From: Hydrurus foetidus
Lineage: Eukaryota
Length of the DNA: 64,000 nucleotides
Direction of reading: 5' to 3'
Assembly: GCA_900617105.1 (NCBI GenBank)
Contig: UYFQ01000004.1
Coordinates: forward strand, 1 to 64,000
Made by a program: the position numbers and the translations under genes. Positions 58,301 to 64,000 of this stretch are shown piece after piece; positions within the stretch are counted from its first letter, which is position 1, and each line of letters begins with the position of its first letter. The notes below the pieces were generated by a model. It was not told the origin of the DNA. It ran no database searches and saw only the letters and a program-made list of their open reading frames with translations.

Positions 58301-61300
58301 TGACGGTCACCAGCCTGGACGGCTCCGCCAGCCGCACCATCGATGTCACCGTCACCGGGGCCAACGACACCGCCGCCATCACCGGCTCCTCCACCGGCAC
58401 CATGGCCGAAGACACCAGCGTCACCTCCGGCAACCTCACCACCAGCGGCACCCTCTCCGTCGCCGATGTCGACTTCGGTCAGGCCGTCTTTGCAACCCCC
58501 GCCACGCTGGCAGGTACCTACGGCTCCTTTACGTTTGACACCACCTCCGGTGCCTGGACCTACGCCGCCAACAACGCACAAAGCGCCGTGCAGGCCCTGG
58601 GTCTGGGTCAGTCCCTCACCGACACCATCACCGTCAAGAGCTTGGATGGCACTGCCTCCCAAGCCATCACCGTCACCATCAATGGCTCCAACGATGTGCC
58701 CACCATCGGCTCCGGTGTGGGCGTGAGCTCCGGCTCCGCGCTGGAAGCCGGGGGCGTGGCCAACGCCGTCTTGGGCTCCCCCAACACGGGCGGCACCCTC
58801 TCCATCAACGATGCCGATTCCGCTCAGTCCAGCTTCACCGCTCCCGCCCCTGCCAGCCTCACAGGCACTTACGGCACCTTCACTTTCAACGCCAGCTCCG
58901 GCGTGTGGTCCTACGCGCTGGATAACACCAAGCCCGCCACCCAGGCCCTCAACGCCGCCCAGGTGGTGCATGACACCCTGACGGTCACCAGCCTGGACGG
59001 CTCCGCCAGCCGCACCATCGATGTCACCGTCACCGGGGCCAACGACACCGCCGCCATCACCGGCTCCTCCACCGGCACCATGGCCGAAGACACCAGCGTC
59101 ACCTCCGGCAACCTCACCACCAGCGGCACCCTCTCCGTCGCCGATGTCGACTTCGGTCAGGCCGTCTTTGCAACCCCCGCCACGCTGGCAGGTACCTACG
59201 GCTCCTTTACGTTTGACACCACCTCCGGTGCCTGGACCTACGCCGCCAACAACGCACAAAGCGCCGTGCAGGCCCTGGGTCTGGGTCAGTCCCTCACCGA
59301 CACCATCACCGTCAAGAGCTTGGATGGCACCGCCTCCCAAGCCATCACCGTCACCATCAATGGCTCCAACGATGTGCCCACCATCGGCTCCGGTGTGGGC
59401 GTGAGCTCCGGCTCCGCGCTGGAAGCCGGGGGCGTGGCCAACGCCGTCTTGGGCTCCCCCAACACGGGCGGCACCCTCTCCATCAACGATGCCGATTCCG
59501 CTCAGTCCAGCTTCACCGCTCCCGCCCCTGCCAGCCTCACAGGCACTTACGGCACCTTCACTTTCAACGCCAGCTCCGGCGTGTGGTCCTACGCGCTGGA
59601 TAACACCAAGCCCGCCACCCAGGCCCTCAACGCCGCCCAGGTGGTGCATGACACCCTGACGGTCACCAGCCTGGACGGCTCCGCCAGCCGCACCATCGAT
59701 GTCACCGTCACCGGGGCCAACGACACCGCCGCCATCACCGGCTCCTCCACCGGCACCATGGCCGAAGACACCAGCGTCACCTCCGGCAACCTCACCACCA
59801 GCGGCACCCTCTCCGTCGCCGATGTCGACTTCGGTCAGGCCGTCTTTGCAACCCCCGCCACGCTGGCAGGTACCTACGGCTCCTTTACGTTTGACACCAC
59901 CTCCGGTGCCTGGACCTACGCCGCCAACAACGCACAAAGCGCCGTGCAGGCCCTGGGTCTGGGTCAGTCCCTCACCGACACCATCACCGTCAAGAGCTTG
60001 GATGGCACCGCCTCCCAAGCCATCACCGTCACCATCAATGGCTCCAACGATGTGCCCACCATCGGCTCCGGTGTGGGCGTGAGCTCCGGCTCCGCGCTGG
60101 AAGCCGGGGGCGTGGCCAACGCCGTCTTGGGCTCCCCCAACACGGGCGGCACCCTCTCCATCAACGATGCCGATTCCGCTCAGTCCAGCTTCACCGCTCC
60201 CGCCCCTGCCAGCCTCACAGGCACTTACGGCACCTTCACTTTCAACGCCAGCTCCGGCGTGTGGTCCTACGCGCTGGATAACACCAAGCCCGCCACCCAG
60301 GCCCTCAACGCCGCCCAGGTGGTGCATGACACCCTGACGGTCACCAGCCTGGACGGCTCCGCCAGCCGCACCATCGATGTCACCGTCACCGGGGCCAACG
60401 ACACCGCCGCCATCACCGGCTCCTCCACCGGCACCATGGCCGAAGACACCAGCGTCACCTCCGGCAACCTCACCACCAGCGGCACCCTCTCCGTCGCCGA
60501 TGTCGACTTCGGTCAGGCCGTCTTTGCAACCCCCGCCACGCTGGCAGGTACCTACGGCTCCTTTACGTTTGACACCACCTCCGGTGCCTGGACCTACGCC
60601 GCCAACAACGCACAAAGCGCCGTGCAGGCCCTGGGTCTGGGTCAGTCCCTCACCGACACCATCACCGTCAAGAGCTTGGATGGCACTGCCTCCCAAGCCA
60701 TCACCGTCACCATCAATGGCTCCAACGATGTGCCCACCATCGGCTCCGGTGTGGGCGTGAGCTCCGGCTCCGCGCTGGAAGCCGGGGGCGTGGCCAACGC
60801 CGTCTTGGGCTCCCCCAACACGGGCGGCACCCTCTCCATCAACGATGCCGATTCCGCTCAGTCCAGCTTCACCGCTCCCGCCCCTGCCAGCCTCACAGGC
60901 ACTTACGGCACCTTCACTTTCAACGCCAGCTCCGGCGTGTGGTCCTACGCGCTGGATAACACCAAGCCCGCCACCCAGGCCCTCAACGCCGCCCAGGTGG
61001 TGCATGACACCCTGACGGTCACCAGCCTGGACGGCTCCGCCAGCCGCACCATCGATGTCACCGTCACCGGGGCCAACGACACCGCCGCCATCACCGGCTC
61101 CTCCACCGGCACCATGGCCGAAGACACCAGCGTCACCTCCGGCAACCTCACCACCAGCGGCACCCTCTCCGTCGCCGATGTCGACTTCGGTCAGGCCGTC
61201 TTTGCAACCCCCGCCACGCTGGCAGGTACCTACGGCTCCTTTACGTTTGACACCACCTCCGGTGCCTGGACCTACGCCGCCAACAACGCACAAAGCGCCG

Positions 61301-64000
61301 TGCAGGCCCTGGGTCTGGGTCAGTCCCTCACCGACACCATCACCGTCAAGAGCTTGGATGGCACCGCCTCCCAAGCCATCACCGTCACCATCAATGGCTC
61401 CAACGATGTGCCCACCATCGGCTCCGGTGTGGGCGTGAGCTCCGGCTCCGCGCTGGAAGCCGGGGGCGTGGCCAACGCCGTCTTGGGCTCCCCCAACACG
61501 GGCGGCACCCTCTCCATCAACGATGCCGATTCCGCTCAGTCCAGCTTCACCGCTCCCGCCCCTGCCAGCCTCACAGGCACTTACGGCACCTTCACTTTCA
61601 ACGCCAGCTCCGGCGTGTGGTCCTACGCGCTGGATAACACCAAGCCCGCCACCCAGGCCCTCAACGCCGCCCAGGTGGTGCATGACACCCTGACGGTCAC
61701 CAGCCTGGACGGCTCCGCCAGCCGCACCATCGATGTCACCGTCACCGGGGCCAACGACACCGCCGCCATCACCGGCTCCTCCACCGGCACCATGGCCGAA
61801 GACACCAGCGTCACCTCCGGCAACCTCACCACCAGCGGCACCCTCTCCGTCGCCGATGTCGACTTCGGTCAGGCCGTCTTTGCAACCCCCGCCACGCTGG
61901 CAGGTACCTACGGCTCCTTTACGTTTGACACCACCTCCGGTGCCTGGACCTACGCCGCCAACAACGCACAAAGCGCCGTGCAGGCCCTGGGTCTGGGTCA
62001 GTCCCTCACCGACACCATCACCGTCAAGAGCTTGGATGGCACCGCCTCCCAAGCCATCACCGTCACCATCAATGGCTCCAACGATGTGCCCACCATCGGC
62101 TCCGGTGTGGGCGTGAGCTCCGGCTCCGCGCTGGAAGCCGGGGGCGTGGCCAACGCCGTCTTGGGCTCCCCCAACACGGGCGGCACCCTCTCCATCAACG
62201 ATGCCGATTCCGCTCAGTCCAGCTTCACCGCTCCCGCCCCTGCCAGCCTCACAGGCACTTACGGCACCTTCACTTTCAACGCCAGCTCCGGCGTGTGGTC
62301 CTACGCGCTGGATAACACCAAGCCCGCCACCCAGGCCCTCAACGCCGCCCAGGTGGTGCATGACACCCTGACGGTCACCAGCCTGGACGGCTCCGCCAGC
62401 CGCACCATCGATGTCACCGTCACCGGGGCCAACGACACCGCCGCCATCACCGGCTCCTCCACCGGCACCATGGCCGAAGACACCAGCGTCACCTCCGGCA
62501 ACCTCACCACCAGCGGCACCCTCTCCGTCGCCGATGTCGACTTCGGTCAGGCCGTCTTTGCAACCCCCGCCACGCTGGCAGGTACCTACGGCTCCTTTAC
62601 GTTTGACACCACCTCCGGTGCCTGGACCTACGCCGCCAACAACGCACAAAGCGCCGTGCAGGCCCTGGGTCTGGGTCAGTCCCTCACCGACACCATCACC
62701 GTCAAGAGCTTGGATGGCACTGCCTCCCAAGCCATCACCGTCACCATCAATGGCTCCAACGATGTGCCCACCATCGGCTCCGGTGTGGGCGTGAGCTCCG
62801 GCTCCGCGCTGGAAGCCGGGGGCGTGGCCAACGCCGTCTTGGGCTCCCCCAACACGGGCGGCACCCTCTCCATCAACGATGCCGATTCCGCTCAGTCCAG
62901 CTTCACCGCTCCCGCCCCTGCCAGCCTCACAGGCACTTACGGCACCTTCACTTTCAACGCCAGCTCCGGCGTGTGGTCCTACGCGCTGGATAACACCAAG
63001 CCCGCCACCCAGGCCCTCAACGCCGCCCAGGTGGTGCATGACACCCTGACGGTCACCAGCCTGGACGGCTCCGCCAGCCGCACCATCGATGTCACCGTCA
63101 CCGGGGCCAACGACACCGCCGCCATCACCGGCTCCTCCACCGGCACCATGGCCGAAGACACCAGCGTCACCTCCGGCAACCTCACCACCAGCGGCACCCT
63201 CTCCGTCGCCGATGTCGACTTCGGTCAGGCCGTCTTTGCAACCCCCGCCACGCTGGCAGGTACCTACGGCTCCTTTACGTTTGACACCACCTCCGGTGCC
63301 TGGACCTACGCCGCCAACAACGCACAAAGCGCCGTGCAGGCCCTGGGTCTGGGTCAGTCCCTCACCGACACCATCACCGTCAAGAGCTTGGATGGCACTG
63401 CCTCCCAAGCCATCACCGTCACCATCAATGGCTCCAACGATGTGCCCACCATCGGCTCCGGTGTGGGCGTGAGCTCCGGCTCCGCGCTGGAAGCCGGGGG
63501 CGTGGCCAACGCCGTCTTGGGCTCCCCCAACACGGGCGGCACCCTCTCCATCAACGATGCCGATTCCGCTCAGTCCAGCTTCACCGCTCCCGCCCCTGCC
63601 AGCCTCACAGGCACTTACGGCACCTTCACTTTCAACGCCAGCTCCGGCGTGTGGTCCTACGCGCTGGATAACACCAAGCCCGCCACCCAGGCCCTCAACG
63701 CCGCCCAGGTGGTGCATGACACCCTGACGGTCACCAGCCTGGACGGCTCCGCCAGCCGCACCATCGATGTCACCGTCACCGGGGCCAACGACACCGCCGC
63801 CATCACCGGCTCCTCCACCGGCACCATGGCCGAAGACACCAGCGTCACCTCCGGCAACCTCACCACCAGCGGCACCCTCTCCGTCGCCGATGTCGACTTC
63901 GGTCAGGCCGTCTTTGCAACCCCCGCCACGCTGGCAGGTACCTACGGCTCCTTTACGTTTGACACCACCTCCGGTGCCTGGACCTACGCCGCCAACAACG
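49312..64000 (+). CDS. Giant retention-module adhesin with VCBS/Ig-like tandem repeats (LapA/BpfA-like); 3' end beyond the window
   Basis: ATG 49312 after GGAG; MAANQVSAQARGVVVVLQGNAW...LHLGDEV...DLSAELDATAAG...HSFVRLLRISE, then VCBS-type repeats; no stop seen in 4,896 codons. Confidence 0.93.
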   Translation, partial: MAANQVSAQARGVVVVLQGNAWIVNPDGSRKVLHLGDEVQEGQVIATEDGTRLELAMPHDQLITVESGRELLIDANLLGSLKTDPTEAALKDLNSGAEAVAKVLASGTGDLSAELDATAAGLSGGDASDSHSFVRLLRISEELTSLGIQRDNNQPDSAEFDPTGATNPPSGTTASGTTTPPGAPSVTIPDDNGPGFSGNKTVAETDGPIPGKFTVTAPAGLVSISVGGTTLSAANLSALDTTPVTITTADGKLVLNGYSAATGTVSYTFDPVVHTSNASVTAVLPITATDSLGTTSPSNSLNIVITDSQPVALNDSASVTEDATPNTVTGSVLSNDTVGADSNANPVTAANVTLAHGALVLNADGSYTYTLDNTNAAVNALNNGQTLTDSYTYTLTDGDASTTTASLSITINGSNDVPTIGSGVGVSSGSALEAGGVANAVLGSPNTGGTLSINDADSAQSSFTAPAPASLTGTYGTFTFNASSGVWSYALDNTKPATQALNAAQVVHDTLTVTSLDGSASRTIDVTVTGANDTAAITGSSTGTMAEDTSVTSGNLTTSGTLSVADVDFGQAVFATPATLAGTYGSFTFDTTSGAWTYAANNAQSAVQALGLGQSLTDTITVKSLDGTASQAITVTINGSNDVPTIGSGVGVSSGSALEAGGVANAVLGSPNTGGTLSINDADSAQSSFTAPAPASLTGTYGTFTFNASSGVWSYALDNTKPATQALNAAQVVHDTLTVTSLDGSASRTIDVTVTGANDTAAITGSSTGTMAEDTSVTSGNLTTSGTLSVADVDFGQAVFATPATLAGTYGSFTFDTTSGAWTYAANNAQSAVQALGLGQSLTDTITVKSLDGTASQAITVTINGSNDVPTIGSGVGVSSGSALEAGGVANAVLGSPNTGGTLSINDADSAQSSFTAPAPASLTGTYGTFTFNASSGVWSYALDNTKPATQALNAAQVVHDTLTVTSLDGSASRTIDVTVTGANDTAAITGSSTGTMAEDTSVTSGNLTTSGTLSVADVDFGQAVFATPATLAGTYGSFTFDTTSGAWTYAANNAQSAVQALGLGQSLTDTITVKSLDGTASQAITVTINGSNDVPTIGSGVGVSSGSALEAGGVANAVLGSPNTGGTLSINDADSAQSSFTAPAPASLTGTYGTFTFNASSGVWSYALDNTKPATQALNAAQVVHDTLTVTSLDGSASRTIDVTVTGANDTAAITGSSTGTMAEDTSVTSGNLTTSGTLSVADVDFGQAVFATPATLAGTYCSFTFDTTSGAWTYAANNAQSAVQALGLGQSLTDTITVKSLDGTASQAITVTINGSNDVPTIGSGVGVSSGSALEAGGVANAVLGSPNTGGTLSINDADSAQSSFTAPAPASLTGTYGTFTFNASSGVWSYALDNTKPATQALNAAQVVHDTLTVTSLDGSASRTIDVTVTGANDTAAITGSSTGTMAEDTSVTSGNLTTSGTLSVADVDFGQAVFATPATLAGTYGSFTFDTTSGAWTYAANNAQSAVQALGLGQSLTDTITVKSLDGTASQAITVTINGSNDVPTIGSGVGVSSGSALEAGGVANAVLGSPNTGGTLSINDADSAQSSFTAPAPASLTGTYGTFTFNASSGVWSYALDNTKPATQALNAAQVVHDTLTVTSLDGSASRTIDVTVTGANDTAAITGSSTGTMAEDTSVTSGNLTTSGTLSVADVDFGQAVFATPATLAGTYGSFTFDTTSGAWTYAANNAQSAVQALGLGQSLTDTITVKSLDGTASQAITVTINGSNDVPTIGSGVGVSSGSALEAGGVANAVLGSPNTGGTLSINDADSAQSSFTAPAPASLTGTYGTFTFNASSGVWSYALDNTKPATQALNAAQVVHDTLTVTSLDGSASRTIDVTVTGANDTAAITGSSTGTMAEDTSVTSGNLTTSGTLSVADVDFGQAVFATPATLAGTYGSFTFDTTSGAWTYAANNAQSAVQALGLGQSLTDTITVKSLDGTASQAITVTINGSNDVPTIGSGVGVSSGSALEAGGVANAVLGSPNTGGTLSINDADSAQSSFTAPAPASLTGTYGTFTFNASSGVWSYALDNTKPATQALNAAQVVHDTLTVTSLDGSASRTIDVTVTGANDTAAITGSSTGTMAEDTSVTSGNLTTSGTLSVADVDFGQAVFATPATLAGTYGSFTFDTTSGAWTYAANNAQSAVQALGLGQSLTDTITVKSLDGTASQAITVTINGSNDVPTIGSGVGVSSGSALEAGGVANAVLGSPNTGGTLSINDADSAQSSFTAPAPASLTGTYGTFTFNASSGVWSYALDNTKPATQALNAAQVVHDTLTVTSLDGSASRTIDVTVTGANDTAAITGSSTGTMAEDTSVTSGNLTTSGTLSVADVDFGQAVFATPATLAGTYGSFTFDTTSGAWTYAANNAQSAVQALGLGQSLTDTITVKSLDGTASQAITVTINGSNDVPTIGSGVGVSSGSALEAGGVANAVLGSPNTGGTLSINDADSAQSSFTAPAPASLTGTYGTFTFNASSGVWSYALDNTKPATQALNAAQVVHDTLTVTSLDGSASRTIDVTVTGANDTAAITGSSTGTMAEDTSVTSGNLTTSGTLSVADVDFGQAVFATPATLAGTYGSFTFDTTSGAWTYAANNAQSAVQALGLGQSLTDTITVKSLDGTASQAITVTINGSNDVPTIGSGVGVSSGSALEAGGVANAVLGSPNTGGTLSINDADSAQSSFTAPAPASLTGTYGTFTFNASSGVWSYALDNTKPATQALNAAQVVHDTLTVTSLDGSASRTIDVTVTGANDTAAITGSSTGTMAEDTSVTSGNLTTSGTLSVADVDFGQAVFATPATLAGTYGSFTFDTTSGAWTYAANNAQSAVQALGLGQSLTDTITVKSLDGTASQAITVTINGSNDVPTIGSGVGVSSGSALEAGGVANAVLGSPNTGGTLSINDADSAQSSFTAPAPASLTGTYGTFTFNASSGVWSYALDNTKPATQALNAAQVVHDTLTVTSLDGSASRTIDVTVTGANDTAAITGSSTGTMAEDTSVTSGNLTTSGTLSVADVDFGQAVFATPATLAGTYGSFTFDTTSGAWTYAANNAQSAVQALGLGQSLTDTITVKSLDGTASQAITVTINGSNDVPTIGSGVGVSSGSALEAGGVANAVLGSPNTGGTLSINDADSAQSSFTAPAPASLTGTYGTFTFNASSGVWSYALDNTKPATQALNAAQVVHDTLTVTSLDGSASRTIDVTVTGANDTAAITGSSTGTMAEDTSVTSGNLTTSGTLSVADVDFGQAVFATPATLAGTYGSFTFDTTSGAWTYAANNAQSAVQALGLGQSLTDTITVKSLDGTASQAITVTINGSNDVPTIGSGVGVSSGSALEAGGVANAVLGSPNTGGTLSINDADSAQSSFTAPAPASLTGTYGTFTFNASSGVWSYALDNTKPATQALNAAQVVHDTLTVTSLDGSASRTIDVTVTGANDTAAITGSSTGTMAEDTSVTSGNLTTSGTLSVADVDFGQAVFATPATLAGTYGSFTFDTTSGAWTYAANNAQSAVQALGLGQSLTDTITVKSLDGTASQAITVTINGSNDVPTIGSGVGVSSGSALEAGGVANAVLGSPNTGGTLSINDADSAQSSFTAPAPASLTGTYGTFTFNASSGVWSYALDNTKPATQALNAAQVVHDTLTVTSLDGSASRTIDVTVTGANDTAAITGSSTGTMAEDTSVTSGNLTTSGTLSVADVDFGQAVFATPATLAGTYGSFTFDTTSGAWTYAANNAQSAVQALGLGQSLTDTITVKSLDGTASQAITVTINGSNDVPTIGSGVGVSSGSALEAGGVANAVLGSPNTGGTLSINDADSAQSSFTAPAPASLTGTYGTFTFNASSGVWSYALDNTKPATQALNAAQVVHDTLTVTSLDGSASRTIDVTVTGANDTAAITGSSTGTMAEDTSVTSGNLTTSGTLSVADVDFGQAVFATPATLAGTYGSFTFDTTSGAWTYAANNAQSAVQALGLGQSLTDTITVKSLDGTASQAITVTINGSNDVPTIGSGVGVSSGSALEAGGVANAVLGSPNTGGTLSINDADSAQSSFTAPAPASLTGTYGTFTFNASSGVWSYALDNTKPATQALNAAQVVHDTLTVTSLDGSASRTIDVTVTGANDTAAITGSSTGTMAEDTSVTSGNLTTSGTLSVADVDFGQAVFATPATLAGTYGSFTFDTTSGAWTYAANNAQSAVQALGLGQSLTDTITVKSLDGTASQAITVTINGSNDVPTIGSGVGVSSGSALEAGGVANAVLGSPNTGGTLSINDADSAQSSFTAPAPASLTGTYGTFTFNASSGVWSYALDNTKPATQALNAAQVVHDTLTVTSLDGSASRTIDVTVTGANDTAAITGSSTGTMAEDTSVTSGNLTTSGTLSVADVDFGQAVFATPATLAGTYGSFTFDTTSGAWTYAANNAQSAVQALGLGQSLTDTITVKSLDGTASQAITVTINGSNDVPTIGSGVGVSSGSALEAGGVANAVLGSPNTGGTLSINDADSAQSSFTAPAPASLTGTYGTFTFNASSGVWSYALDNTKPATQALNAAQVVHDTLTVTSLDGSASRTIDVTVTGANDTAAITGSSTGTMAEDTSVTSGNLTTSGTLSVADVDFGQAVFATPATLAGTYGSFTFDTTSGAWTYAANNAQSAVQALGLGQSLTDTITVKSLDGTASQAITVTINGSNDVPTIGSGVGVSSGSALEAGGVANAVLGSPNTGGTLSINDADSAQSSFTAPAPASLTGTYGTFTFNASSGVWSYALDNTKPATQALNAAQVVHDTLTVTSLDGSASRTIDVTVTGANDTAAITGSSTGTMAEDTSVTSGNLTTSGTLSVADVDFGQAVFATPATLAGTYGSFTFDTTSGAWTYAANN
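50537..64000 (+). repeat. Tandem array of a 678-bp unit (226 aa, two VCBS-type domains): 19 full copies plus about 0.85
   Basis: ORF-track shadows recur at exactly 678-nt steps (50885, 51563 ... 63089). Units are identical except one synonymous C/T site and one G/T site. Confidence 0.97.

Noticed and set aside
49780..63717. 4,645-aa Gly-rich ORF on the minus strand
   Set aside because: Antisense shadow of the adhesin: C-ending Thr/Ala/Ser codons give a stop-free reverse frame. The plus frame has an RBS, a retention module and T1SS context.
50487..63875. Recurring 61-127-aa ORFs every 678 nt
   Set aside because: Off-frame shadows of the repeat unit.
50537..64000. Possible CRISPR array
   Set aside because: 678-bp contiguous coding units with no unique spacers and no cas genes.

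Overview
GC-rich betaproteobacterial chromosome segment. Gene content and order look like Comamonadaceae (Rhodoferax/Curvibacter-like; inference). 1-44.5 kb is mostly housekeeping and accessory metabolism: PAP2 phosphatase plus GT39 glycosyltransferase; a LacI-regulated YtfQRT/YjfF-type sugar ABC module with aldose epimerase, MCP and lactonase; gshB-benE-kup-gshA; proA; holA/lptE/leuS interrupted by an Lrp-ocd-arginase module; exbBD, dapB, bamE, fur, hprK-ptsN-hpf, corA, mtnN, fadD, pntAB, nudJ, mnmA. 44.6-64 kb is a Lap-type type I secretion locus. It ends in a giant retention-module adhesin (starts 49312, more than 4,890 codons, runs off the window, absent from the ORF track) with about 20 almost identical 678-bp tandem repeats. 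The most striking non-gene signal is a ~63-bp fixed-spacing, multi-block DNA motif found six times by eye, at gene ends and in frame inside proA and benE. proA also carries a separate 60-bp in-frame palindromic element. The 25.7-31.4 kb stretch has many frameshifts, including in the essential leuS, most likely local sequence errors.
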